IMG/VR virus record: IMGVR_UViG_3300045284_000122 | Span: 1-46,804 of that record | Length of the DNA stretch: 46,804 bases | Source of the DNA: a virus | Reading direction: 5' to 3' (one strand) | Shown: one piece after another, positions 31,071 to 41,700 of the stretch | Layout of the letters: every line of letters begins with the position of its first letter | Position numbering within the stretch: position 1 is the first letter of the stretch | Notes under the pieces: model-generated | What the model was told of the DNA's origin: nothing | What the model saw: only the letters and a program-made list of their open reading frames with translations | Databases searched by the model: none | Translations under genes and position numbers: made by a program

Positions 31071-32319
31071 TTTCACCAACGACACCCCGGCGCGCGACAC
31101 TCATCCCGCCGCTCACAACGACGCCAATGAGAAGGTCAACGAACTCGACGACCGGGTAACCGCCGTCGAGGACGGAGGGGGAGGAGGCGGAGGCGGCGAC
31201 CCGACCGGCGCTGCCGGCGGAGTCCTGGCGGGGACCTACCCCAACCCGGACTTCGCTCAGGCGATGGCGACGCTGGCCGACCTTCTCGCCGCCGATGGGC
31301 TGCCGGTGCTCGGCGGAGTCACGCCGCCGTCGAACTCGGACGGGCTCAACGGCTCGTGGTGGTTCGACACCTCGACGGGCAAGCTCTACGGACCGAAGGC
31401 CGGCGGTATCTGGGACCTCGATAACCCGATCCTGCTCGGCGGCGTCGCGGTCCTCTCCGGCGGGCTTACCCCGACTGACGACGTCGGCGGGGACGGCGAT
31501 CTCTTCCTGAAGACCTCAACGGCCGACCTGTTCGTGAAGGAGACGGGCTCGTGGGGGCCGCCGATGTCGCTCAAGGGCGACCAGGGCGACCCCGGCGTGG
31601 GGCTCAACAACCTGGGCGCGTGGTCGAGCGTCACGGCCTACGCGGTCGACGACCTCGTGATCCGCGGTGGCTCGAGCTGGTACGCGGTCGCGACGTCGAC
31701 CAACATCGACCCGATCACCGACGACGGCTCGCACTGGAAGGTGTTCGCCGCGAAGGGCAACGTCGGCGCCGCCGGCTCGGGCTTCCTAGAGGGCCTCGTT
31801 GTCCCGGTCGCCAACAACAGCCCATCCCCGACGGCGACCGTCACCAACAGCGCCAACACGGCCCGCTTCGTCGCCATGAACCCGGTCCCCTTCGACGGAC
31901 TCTTGGACGCGATTGCCCTCTACATCGGCATTTCGTCGGGCAACATCAAGCTCCTGGTCTTCGACACGGGCCAGGCGACGCCCGGCTCCTACACGCAGCT
32001 CTATTGCTCGGCTGGGACTGCGGCCGGAGCCGCCGGTGACTGGCAGACCTTCTCGGGGATCGGGCTCGACGTCGAGAGCGGCCAGCGGCTCGTCTTCGGA
32101 GTCGTGCCGGATAACGCGACGGTCACCTTCGGCCGGCTCGACGGCGTCGTGTCGAACAACGCTTCGATCCTGCCGGCCGCGTTCGCGCCGACCGGGACCC
32201 GGGTGAAGCTCGGGGCGCAGAAGGGCGGCTTCACCTATGCCTCGCCGGCGTCGATCATGAGCGAAGCCGATATGGGGGCGACGACGAGCATCCTGGCGAT
32301 CATCGGCCAGGTGAGTTAG
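31054..32319 (+). CDS. Tail fibre or receptor-binding protein
   Basis: N-terminal HPAAHNDANEKVNELD fibre motif, a G8 hinge, a short collagen-like KGDQGDPG, and a CBM5/12-like W..VTAYAVDDLVIRGGSSWYAV......DGSHW. Confidence 0.65.
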   Translation: MPLRTDFTNDTPARDTHPAAHNDANEKVNELDDRVTAVEDGGGGGGGGDPTGAAGGVLAGTYPNPDFAQAMATLADLLAADGLPVLGGVTPPSNSDGLNGSWWFDTSTGKLYGPKAGGIWDLDNPILLGGVAVLSGGLTPTDDVGGDGDLFLKTSTADLFVKETGSWGPPMSLKGDQGDPGVGLNNLGAWSSVTAYAVDDLVIRGGSSWYAVATSTNIDPITDDGSHWKVFAAKGNVGAAGSGFLEGLVVPVANNSPSPTATVTNSANTARFVAMNPVPFDGLLDAIALYIGISSGNIKLLVFDTGQATPGSYTQLYCSAGTAAGAAGDWQTFSGIGLDVESGQRLVFGVVPDNATVTFGRLDGVVSNNASILPAAFAPTGTRVKLGAQKGGFTYASPASIMSEADMGATTSILAIIGQVS

Positions 32320-33482
32320 TGGCCGACCATCTGACAGGGCCCTACACCGGGCGCTGGTTCAGTCCGCATGCGTGGTGCAACAAAAGGCTCCCCGACGATG
32401 CCTCGCTCGATCCCGACAGCGACGCCTACTGCGACGCTCTCGCGGATCGGGCTCTGGCGGCGCGCATTGCCGATCCCGACCATCCTGCCACCCACGGCAT
32501 TTCGTCCTTCAACTGGAACAACTACGCCCGCTCCGTCTTCATCGCCGACGACCCCGACCACTACACGCTCGAGACGTTCACCTTCGATCGGCCGGACGGG
32601 CAAATCTCGGCGACGATGATGGAGGCGTTCACCGACGTCCCGGTGCCGGTCGACGCCCGGCCCGCCGGCCCGTGGCCGGGGGATAACCACCTCGTCATCT
32701 ACCAGCCGAACGATCCGGCGCTGCCCTACCCCGACACCTACTGGGAGGCGTGGAAGGCGAGCCAGTTCGAAGTCGACGGCCCCCACTCGGGTGGCCAGGC
32801 GACCGGGACCGACCCGGCGGTACTCAACACCCCGGGCTGGCATATGGAGTACGGCGGGCGAATCGACCATATGAGCGGCAACATCGGCATCTTCGACAAC
32901 ACGGCCTACAAGGGGCAGGGGCAGGGATGGGGAGCGGCCGCGACCAAGATCCCGCTGATGGCCGGGTGCATCACCGAAGAGGAAGCTCTCGCCGCGGTGG
33001 CCGGGACGGTCGGGGCGATCCCCCACGGGCTCAACTTCTCCCTCCTGTTCGGCGCCCAGTGGCCGAAGTTTCGCTGGCCGGCGCAGGCGGTCGACGGGAG
33101 CTCGCACAACCCCTTCGCCCCGCAGGAGGGCATGTGGTTCCGGCTCCCGCCCGACTACGACCCGAGCGGCGAGACGGACCTCTTCATGCGCGAGGTGGTA
33201 CGGGCGATCCGCGACTACGGGATGGTCGTCACCGATACCGCCGGCGCGGTGACGATCAACATGGAGGGACGGGCGACCGTGCCGGGTGCGCAGCTCACGA
33301 ACGCGATCGACATTTGGCTCGGGACGGACAACGTCACGGGCCCCGGGCACGACGGCATCCTCAAGGACTTCCCGACGACCCTGGCCGGGACCAAGATTCC
33401 GTGGACTGAGATGCAACTGCTCGACGAGTCCTACCGGCCGACCCAGCCGATCAAACAGCGACTCATCATCGGGACGCCCTGA
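32319..33482 (+). CDS. Hypothetical virion-module protein, possibly an enzyme
   Basis: 387 aa with coding composition; no motif I can name. Confidence 0.6.
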   Translation: MADHLTGPYTGRWFSPHAWCNKRLPDDASLDPDSDAYCDALADRALAARIADPDHPATHGISSFNWNNYARSVFIADDPDHYTLETFTFDRPDGQISATMMEAFTDVPVPVDARPAGPWPGDNHLVIYQPNDPALPYPDTYWEAWKASQFEVDGPHSGGQATGTDPAVLNTPGWHMEYGGRIDHMSGNIGIFDNTAYKGQGQGWGAAATKIPLMAGCITEEEALAAVAGTVGAIPHGLNFSLLFGAQWPKFRWPAQAVDGSSHNPFAPQEGMWFRLPPDYDPSGETDLFMREVVRAIRDYGMVVTDTAGAVTINMEGRATVPGAQLTNAIDIWLGTDNVTGPGHDGILKDFPTTLAGTKIPWTEMQLLDESYRPTQPIKQRLIIGTP

Positions 33483-34165
33483 TGGCGGGCGGCTCTTTCG
33501 GAGGCGGCACCTTTGGCGGCCCCGTGGCGGCGCCGGAGTGCGCGAATCTCGGCGACCTTCGCTCCGACCTCAACAGTCTCGCGGGGCTCGACCTTGCACC
33601 CGACACGGCCGATCGGCTCCTAAACGAAGGCACCCGGGCGCTCGTCTGCCGCGCCGAATGGCTCCGGGCGGGCCTTGAACTCGGCCCGACCGCCGCCGAC
33701 CAGGAGGCGTACAGCCTCTCCGGCGCGATCCACCGGGTGCGCAAGCTGAAGGTGGACGGCACCCCGTACCTCGCCTCCAGCGAGGAGCAGGTCGACGAGT
33801 TGAAGCAGAACTGGAAGAGCTTGCGGTGCGCAGGCGTCTACTGGATCAGCTTCGACGGGGACGCCGCCGAGAGTGTCTCGCTCTATCCGCTGCCTACCCA
33901 GGCCGGACTCTCGATCAAGGCGCTGTGCTCCGTGTATCCGGCGATCCTCGTCAACGACGACGACGAGCCGCAGGTGCCGTGCGAATACCGGCGAGCGATC
34001 GTCGACTACGCAGCCGCACTCGCCTACGGCTACCAGGAGGACAACCCCGAGCTCCGGGGTTTCCACGAGGACGAGTTCAACAACGCGGTCGCCGGACTGC
34101 GCCGTCTGCGGACAGCGAAGCAGGCGGCCGGCCCCGTTCAGGTGCGAGTGGCGGGGATGACATGA
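33482..34165 (+). CDS. Candidate head-tail adaptor (T7 gp11 position)
   Basis: 227 aa, placed before the large nozzle-like protein. The assignment rests on gene order only. Confidence 0.4.
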   Translation: MAGGSFGGGTFGGPVAAPECANLGDLRSDLNSLAGLDLAPDTADRLLNEGTRALVCRAEWLRAGLELGPTAADQEAYSLSGAIHRVRKLKVDGTPYLASSEEQVDELKQNWKSLRCAGVYWISFDGDAAESVSLYPLPTQAGLSIKALCSVYPAILVNDDDEPQVPCEYRRAIVDYAAALAYGYQEDNPELRGFHEDEFNNAVAGLRRLRTAKQAAGPVQVRVAGMT

Positions 34166-36030
34166 CCACCTCGCAGATCGAAACCGTCCAGGACGACTTC
34201 GCCGCTGGCGAGGTAACGGGCGTCGCACCGCACCTCCTGCCCCCGAACGGCCTCCTGCGCGTCCGCAACGGCCTGCTCAACGAAGACGGCTCCACGTTCA
34301 AGCGGGGCGGCTCGGTCTACAAGTCGACCTCGGCCTTCGGCACCGCAGGCATCACCGGGCTCTGGGACGTCTACCTGAACCCCGGGCATCGCACCGTCTT
34401 CGCGAGCCCCAACGACTTCGCGGTGCTCGATCCCGCTGATGACGAGAGCCGGATCAATCTCGGCTCCGACGGACTCCCGAAGCCCAAGCCCGCTGCGGTC
34501 CTCGCCGACATCCTGTTCATCGGGGGCGGCTACCTCTACGGCGGCTCGCTGAAGAGCGCGAACTTCTCCACGGCGGGCTCGAATACCCACGTCACGAACG
34601 GGTCCAAGATCGTCACCGACGCCGACGGCGGCTTCACCGCCAACGTCGACGCCGGGATGCTCTTCCAGCGCGGCACCGAGCGCGTGTACGTCGTCGCCTC
34701 GGTCGACTCCGATACCCAGGTCACCCTCCGCGATGCCTATGAGGGCGCGACCGCCACCACCATCAACCCGGTCTTCTACAAGCTGTACAAGATCGCGGCG
34801 GGCGATCCCTACCCCGACGGCGAGTTCTACTGCGTGGCGGCGAACCGGCTGATTACCGCCCAGGAGGCGGTGCTCAAGTTCTCTGAGATCGACAACCCGC
34901 ACAAGTGGACGCTGAGCACGGTCAACCCGGATCACTCCGTCACCGAGACGCCGAACGAGCACACCCTCCCCGAAGGCGGCCGGATCCTCGGCGCCGCGTT
35001 CACCGACACGCTGCTCCTGATCTTCACTACGCACGGGGCGTTTGTACTCGAGGGGATTGCGCTGGACATCGTCGACGCCGTCGGGTCGAACCAGCACCGG
35101 CTCGCCGTCCATGCCCGCGACCTGATCCTCTGGGAGCCGCAGGGGATCGCCAACTGGGAGCGGCTCCTCATCGTCCCGGCGATCAACGGCATCTTCCTCG
35201 TCGATGGCGTCTCGGCCCCGGTCCGCCTCTCGCGGAACATCGACTCAAGCCTGCGGGTGCTCGTCGAGAGCTCCTACCACCCCGGCCAGGCGGCCGTCCA
35301 CAACTCCCACTACTTCCTGCCGATCGCCAAGGACGTCAACGGAGCGGTCGTCGAGACTGCGGTCTGCCGGTTGGATCGGGCCGCCCTCGACCGCCGGCGC
35401 AAGACGACCTTTCCTTGGTGCATCCTCGACGGCCACGGCGGAAGCCAGGCGGTCTTCGCCACTCGGGTCGGCGACGCGACCCGCGACCCGCTCCTGCTCT
35501 CCGGTGACTCGGGAGCAGCCTCGCGGATCAACGACTGCACGGACTTCTTCACCCCGTCGTCGATCACGAAGCTCGACGCCGACGACTCCGTCGCGCTGTT
35601 CGAGATCGTCACCCGGGACTTCGAGACGGGCGGCGGGACGCTCAACCGGGTCCGCTCGGTGCTTCCCCGCTACGAGATGCAGGACGCCTCCGCCGACGAC
35701 CCGATCCTCCACATCGGGTACGCCCTCGGGTCGCCAGCTCCCGAGGGACCGCTCCTCGGCGATCCCGCCGGGCTGTTGGGGACGGGCTTCGGCCCCCCCA
35801 AGTCGATCGACGGGTCGCTGTGGCCGTTCACGAGCTCCGGGGAGATCGAGTTCTTCGAGACGACCTGCCAGTTCCACGCCGACCCCCGCGGCACCGGCCG
35901 CCATCGCTGCCGGATCAACAAGCAGGCGCGCTACATCCGCTACCGGATTTGGTGCCAAGACCCGGTCGCGAAGCTCGTGATCCGCTCCCTCACGACCGTC
36001 GTTGCCCCCTCCCTCGCTGCTAGGAGATGA
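34162..36030 (+). CDS. Candidate tail tubular or nozzle protein (T7 gp12 position)
   Basis: 622 aa and beta-rich, with ATG 34162 overlapping the upstream stop. The assignment rests on gene order only. Confidence 0.4.
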   Translation: MTTSQIETVQDDFAAGEVTGVAPHLLPPNGLLRVRNGLLNEDGSTFKRGGSVYKSTSAFGTAGITGLWDVYLNPGHRTVFASPNDFAVLDPADDESRINLGSDGLPKPKPAAVLADILFIGGGYLYGGSLKSANFSTAGSNTHVTNGSKIVTDADGGFTANVDAGMLFQRGTERVYVVASVDSDTQVTLRDAYEGATATTINPVFYKLYKIAAGDPYPDGEFYCVAANRLITAQEAVLKFSEIDNPHKWTLSTVNPDHSVTETPNEHTLPEGGRILGAAFTDTLLLIFTTHGAFVLEGIALDIVDAVGSNQHRLAVHARDLILWEPQGIANWERLLIVPAINGIFLVDGVSAPVRLSRNIDSSLRVLVESSYHPGQAAVHNSHYFLPIAKDVNGAVVETAVCRLDRAALDRRRKTTFPWCILDGHGGSQAVFATRVGDATRDPLLLSGDSGAASRINDCTDFFTPSSITKLDADDSVALFEIVTRDFETGGGTLNRVRSVLPRYEMQDASADDPILHIGYALGSPAPEGPLLGDPAGLLGTGFGPPKSIDGSLWPFTSSGEIEFFETTCQFHADPRGTGRHRCRINKQARYIRYRIWCQDPVAKLVIRSLTTVVAPSLAARR

Positions 36031-36034
36031 CCAG

Positions 36035-36739
36035 ATGGCCGATCTGATCCCCGAGTTCCCCTTCGTCCTTGAGAACGGCGACACGCCTGACGCGGATCAG
36101 TTCATGGCGAACTGGCAGCACATCCGGGACTGGCTCAACGACCGCTTCGGGAACGCCACCGACAAGCAGCTATGGGTCGCCGACTCCTCGGGCCGCGCCA
36201 CCCCGCGCACGATCTCCGGGGACGTCACGCTCTCAAACGACACGGGCACCGTCGCGATCGGCAACAACAAGATCTCGAACGCGATGATGCAGGACGACTC
36301 CGTCGACACCCCGGAGATCAGGGATGACGCCGTTGGGCCAGCGCAACTCAACCTGACAGGGGTCGAGAGCTCGCTCGGATCGCCGGCCAACATCTCGACC
36401 GTCTTTACCTCCGTGCTCTCGGCGGGCAATCCCACGGCTGGCGACTACCTCATCATCGCGACACTGTGCGGCTTCACCACGATCAACGACAACGGCGTAG
36501 CGATCAAGTTCAACTTCGACTCCGACACGCGGGCATCGGCAGTGTGGACGACTCTTCCGATCCCCTTCGTCGACCCGATCCCACCCCTGACGATCGCCGC
36601 GTTCCATACCTTCGACGGCTCAAGCCAGCTCACCCTCCAGGCCAAAAAGCTCGCCTCGTCCGCCAATCCCGACGACGTCCAGGCGGACGACGGCAACTTT
36701 GGCTCGACCAAGATCCTCCGGATCAAGTTGGCGGTCTGA
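36035..36739 (+). CDS. Fibre-like or tail accessory protein
   Basis: AGGAG RBS. The N-terminus FPFVLENGDTPDADQFMANWQHI resembles fibre N-termini. Confidence 0.5.
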   Translation: MADLIPEFPFVLENGDTPDADQFMANWQHIRDWLNDRFGNATDKQLWVADSSGRATPRTISGDVTLSNDTGTVAIGNNKISNAMMQDDSVDTPEIRDDAVGPAQLNLTGVESSLGSPANISTVFTSVLSAGNPTAGDYLIIATLCGFTTINDNGVAIKFNFDSDTRASAVWTTLPIPFVDPIPPLTIAAFHTFDGSSQLTLQAKKLASSANPDDVQADDGNFGSTKILRIKLAV

Positions 36740-37056
36740 TGGAAGCCGGCACTCGCACCATCGACCGTCTCCAGTCCGCCGGCGAGCTACGCCGGATCAT
36801 CCGCCAGATCGTCGGCGAGCCGGGAATCCTGCCCGCGCGCCCGGTCGAGCGATACGGCCCGGCCACGGTTGCCGATGGCGACACGATCGCGCACGGCCTG
36901 CGGGTGGCGCCCCGCTTCATCCAGGTCTTCCCCACCGCCCCGAACCGGATGGTCGGCGGGACGGTCGACCAGGACGAGATCACCGTGTCGCTCCGTGATG
37001 AGACGGGCGCTGCGGTGACGACTCCCGAAGACGTCTTCTTCCGGGTGATCGCCTAA
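36739..37056 (+). CDS. Hypothetical virion protein
   Basis: ATGA overlap start inside ORF 36466..37056. Confidence 0.55.
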   Translation: MEAGTRTIDRLQSAGELRRIIRQIVGEPGILPARPVERYGPATVADGDTIAHGLRVAPRFIQVFPTAPNRMVGGTVDQDEITVSLRDETGAAVTTPEDVFFRVIA

Positions 37057-37886
37057 TGGCTCACGGCGGCACCTCCCCCCCGGGCGGCACGCACCACGGC
37101 GGAAAGCACGGCGGCAAAAAGAAGCCGTGGAACATCGGCCCCTCGCCGTACCCGGATCTGAGCTACGACCCGTCGATCGAGGCCGAGCGACAGGCGGCCG
37201 CGCGCGGACTCCAGGACACGACGCTCGACGTCAAGCGGGCCCGCCATCAGGCACGCCAGGACTTCCGCACCTCGCGCAAGGACTCGCGCATCACCAAGCG
37301 GCGGGGGATGCAGGACTTCACGACCCAGCTTCAACGCGGGCTCCAGGCGATCCGCTTCAAGCGCCAGGACGTCAAGCGCGACTACAGACGCGGCACGCAG
37401 GACATCGGCCTGAAGCTGGAGTCGCTCGGCCGCCAGTACGCGACTCTCGGCGACACGCAGCTTCAGGCATCGAACGCGGCCGGTCTGGGCACCGATCAAG
37501 GAACCGCTCAGGCTGCGGCCGCTCGGCGGATCGCCAACCAAGGCTTTGAGCAACAGCCGCTCGACATCGCCCTCCAGCGTCTGGGGCAGGATCAGACGAT
37601 CAACCTCGGGCGCCTCGGGATCGAGGCAGGGCAGCTCCGCCAGGACACCCGGCGCGGGCGCACCCGGCTCAAGCAGGACACGCGCCACGACATCCATCTC
37701 GCCCATCGCGACTTCCGCCGCACCCGCGGGGATCTGCACATCCAGCTCCAGCGCGCGCGACGGGAGGCGACGATCGGCAACGCCGACTTGCTTGAGCAGG
37801 AGCTCTTCTCCGCCCGGCAACTGCACCCGGGCGCGTTCTCGACCACTGGCAAGCGAACCGGGCAGAGTCTCGGACAAGGCTTTTAG
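37056..37886 (+). CDS. Internal virion or ejection protein candidate (helical, rich in Q and R)
   Basis: Composition and position upstream of the giant internal protein. Confidence 0.45.
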   Translation: MAHGGTSPPGGTHHGGKHGGKKKPWNIGPSPYPDLSYDPSIEAERQAAARGLQDTTLDVKRARHQARQDFRTSRKDSRITKRRGMQDFTTQLQRGLQAIRFKRQDVKRDYRRGTQDIGLKLESLGRQYATLGDTQLQASNAAGLGTDQGTAQAAAARRIANQGFEQQPLDIALQRLGQDQTINLGRLGIEAGQLRQDTRRGRTRLKQDTRHDIHLAHRDFRRTRGDLHIQLQRARREATIGNADLLEQELFSARQLHPGAFSTTGKRTGQSLGQGF

Positions 37887-37894
37887 GAGGAGAG

Positions 37895-38737
37895 ATGGCG
37901 TTCGGATCAGAGGTACTTCTGAAGTACAGCCCGAGCAGGCGCCGGCACCACGGCGGGGGCGTCCCGGTCGTCGGCGTTCACGCGACGAATCAGGTCCGGC
38001 TCTCACCCCGCCTGGAGGCGCTCCTCCATCACCGCGCCCAGCGCGCGGCCAACCGCTACTACGCTCCTCAGATCGCCGCGCTCAAGGCCCAGCGCCGGGG
38101 CGTCGTCCGCACCTACCGCCAGAGCGTCAGCTCCACGAAGAACGCGGTCGGTGCGGCCCAGGCCCAGCTCAGCCAGATCCAGAAGGGCCTCAAACACTCC
38201 GGGCTCAAGGGCTCGTTCCTGCAACAGACCCGGAGCGATCTCGCGTCCCGCCAGCAATCGCTCGGTCAGGCGATCCCGTTCCTGACCCAAGACGCCCGCG
38301 CCCAGAAGCAGTCGGGCCTCGCCGGGATCCAGCAGGACATCATCGGCGCGCGCGTCGACCGGGCCCAGGACGCTTCGAGCAAGCTCTACTCGCTCGAGCA
38401 GAAGGCGTACACGTCGGGGGCGAGTGCCGCGAGTGATCGGCAGGACAACCAGCGGCTCCACGCACTGCATCGTCGCCAGCACCGCCGCAATGTTTCCCAG
38501 GCCGTCCATACCGGCATGAACCTCCTCGCGACCGCTCCCACCAGCGGCGAGGGCTCGGTGCCATGGTCGGCCGACTCGGTGAAGCACTTCGGCTCGGAGG
38601 GCGATGCGTGGCGGAACTTCGAGGGCATCCTCGCCGGGCAGAGCGATGTGAATCACAGCCAGGCGCAGGCGGCGATTGAGGTCATTCGTCGGCGGCTGGC
38701 GAAGCACTGGGGCCAGCCGTGGGCGGGAGTGCCGTAA
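37895..38737 (+). CDS. Internal virion or ejection protein candidate
   Basis: TAGGAGGAGAG RBS; helical and Q-rich. Confidence 0.45.
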   Translation: MAFGSEVLLKYSPSRRRHHGGGVPVVGVHATNQVRLSPRLEALLHHRAQRAANRYYAPQIAALKAQRRGVVRTYRQSVSSTKNAVGAAQAQLSQIQKGLKHSGLKGSFLQQTRSDLASRQQSLGQAIPFLTQDARAQKQSGLAGIQQDIIGARVDRAQDASSKLYSLEQKAYTSGASAASDRQDNQRLHALHRRQHRRNVSQAVHTGMNLLATAPTSGEGSVPWSADSVKHFGSEGDAWRNFEGILAGQSDVNHSQAQAAIEVIRRRLAKHWGQPWAGVP

Positions 38738-41700
38738 TTGCCCGGACCGACAGTTAGCCATTCCGGGCGCCCCCTCTACGGGAGTCCCGCAGGACGCCGG
38801 CGTCGCCAACGTCACCAGCAGGCGGTATCGCACGCAGCTCGCCAAGCGCGACGGACGCCTCAATACCGGCAGGCGCGAGCGGCGAATCACCAGGCCGCGT
38901 CCAACTACATTCATCGGCTCGCGACCAGCCGATACAACGTCACGGCGCGCCCCGCCAACGTCGCGAGCGCGTTCAACCTGCTCTCCGACCAGGAGAAGGC
39001 GCACTATGCGCCGCACCTACTTCGCAAGTACCAGGGGCGCCCGCCAGCAGTGCTCGCTCCCTACGACCGCAAGAGGTACGCCACGAAGGTTGGCGTCGCG
39101 AAGGAAGGGAAGACCGAATACAACTTCAAGCAGCCCTCCGATCTCTCCCGCGCGGTTGAGGTCGCTGCGACGGTCGTCCCGGTCGGCCGCCTCGGACTGA
39201 TCGGCAAGGCGGCGCTCGACATCGCCCGCGCGAAGAAGGGTGAGGAGGCGATCCAGGCGGGCGCCACTCTCGCTCGTGCCGGCCACGCAGCCGAGGAGGC
39301 TAGGACTGCGGAACGTGCCACCCAAGTCGGGCGGGCGACGGAGGAGGCGCGACCGCTCGCCCGTGGCGCCCAAAAGCTCTGGAGCCATGCGCGCACGGGC
39401 GCCAGAACTGCGGGCAAGGGCGCTCGGTTCGGGAAGCGACATCCGTTCGTCTCAGCGACAGGTCTTGATCTTGCGGCCCAGGCGCCGGTGGTGGCGAAGA
39501 GTGGCGACCCGAGTCAGTTCAAGGGAGCACTGGAGGGCACCGGCACGGCCGCGGGACTCCTGGGGAGTGCCGGTTCTGCGGTGAAGAGCGTGGTGCCGGG
39601 GGTCGCGGGCAACGCCCTGAGCGATCTCATCAGCCTCCCGGCGCAGGTGCCCCCCTCCGTCTACCTCGTCGGCAAGGCGGGAGTGGAGGCCGCGCAGGGC
39701 AGACCGCAGACCTGGGAGCGGCTCAAGACGAGCTTCCTCAAGCACGATGCGCTGGCCCTGCTCGCACAGGGCAAAGGCAGCGAGGCGCTCAAGGCGGCGG
39801 GCGAGCACCCGGTCTACACCGGCCTCGAAGCCCTCGGCGTGAAGGCCGCCGTAGGACGAGGGGTCAGTGCTCCGGGACGGCTCCTCGAGAGCGGCAAGCC
39901 CGTCGAGCAGCGCCCGCCACTCCACGTGTACGGCGAGCGGTCGATCAGGCGCGGTCCCTATTCGCGCGACGCGATCACCGCCGCCCGTCAGCGGTTGGCT
40001 GATCGTCGGGCGATGGAGCGGCGACCCGGGCCGATGATGGAGGACATCCATGGTCGCCCCCAGCAATCCATTCGCGCGAAGCCGCGGCAGGCGCGGAAAT
40101 ACCTCGCGGACTTCACGGATCGAACCACCTATGCGAACGAGCAGGTGCGGCGCGGGGAGCACCGCAGGACTGAGCACGAGCTCGCTCAGGTCAAGCCCCG
40201 GGGCGCCCAAGCGGACGTTGTGAGCCAACTCGTGCAAGGCATCGCTCGAGATCCCGAACGCGCGATCGCGGACCTGCGGAATTACCGGGACAACCTCGTG
40301 GCTGCCCAGCGCGATCTCTCGCCTGCTCAGGTCGTTGCGAACCGCGCCACGATCAAGCAGATCGACGCGGCGCTGAAGAGTCCTGATCCGGAGCGGGTCG
40401 CGGCGGCGGCAACAGCCTATGTGCGCCAGCAAGCGCCGGTCGTGCAGGAACTCGTCGACCGCGGACTCCTCTCCGCACGGCAGGCGGAGAAGTCGGTCGC
40501 GATCCCCTACGCCCGCACGCACATGGGGGCAAGCCACGGACTCTCACAGGCGGACAGGGGCGCGTTGGAGCAGGTGCACCAGGAGATGCGCCAGTCGGGA
40601 CTCAGCAACGAGGAGCGCGGCCGCCTGCTCGGGCGCTGGAACCGGCTCAACTCCCGGCGACAGACGCTCGATCAGCACGGGAACCCGCTCTCGCTCGAGG
40701 CGATCCACGAGCACATGCGAGCTAGCGGCGTCCATCCAGAGGAACGAGGGTTCGTCACGCAGAGGCTCGGCGGCCAGAAGGGGCCGATCTCCCACTACCG
40801 CACCTACACAGAGCGCAACAGACTGCCCAGCGCGCGGCGAACCGGCGAGGCGACCGCGAAGGGGACCGCCGACTTCTCGTGGGATGCACTGGTCAACCAG
40901 GCCGTGCACAGCCGCTCCCTGCTCGACTCGGTGAAGAGCTTCGACAGGCTCACGAAGGAAGGCGTCATGCGCGGGCCCGGCGGGAAGTGGTTCAAGAATC
41001 CGCAGGAGGCGCGGCTCGCGATCGAGCACCCGGCCGAGTTCGGGATGCAGCTCCCCGAGGTGCCGGGCGGATGGGTGCCGTGGCGGATCGCTCCATTTCT
41101 CGCGAAGCGCGGCGAGCTCGAAGCCGCCCGGCAGTACGGAGAGGGCGCCTCCGTCGACGCGCTCCACGCCGACATTCCGGAACTGGCGGATACGGTCATG
41201 CGCGACGCCATCGAGCAGGCGCGGGCACCCGGGGAAGGCGACACTGGGCTGATCCCCAAGGTCGTCGCCGACCGGCTCGCTCAGCACTTCCAGCCGGCGT
41301 TGCCCGTCGAGAAGACCGCGCAGGCCATCACCGGCGGCTTCAAGGGCGCCGTGCTCCCCACCTCGCCGGGATGGGCAGCCGGCAACATCATCGACAACTA
41401 CCTCGTGCGCGCGCTCTCCATCGGCGGCGGCCCGGTGTCGATCACGGGCGGACGGGCCTTCGGTCGCTCACTGACCGCCGAACTCGGCCCAGCAGAGGCG
41501 ACGAGGGCGCTTGAGTCCATCGTCCCGGGTGGGCTCTACGGGAGCTACAAGCGCGTCCAGCCCTACCGAGCCGCCGAGCAGTTTGTCGGAACCCGGCTTG
41601 AGCCGGTCTGGAGGGCTGCCCACGCCCTCCGCGTGACGCCGGGTCCGAAGCAGCTCATGGATCTCTACGGCAAGTACCGCGACGCGGTCTTCGAGGCCGA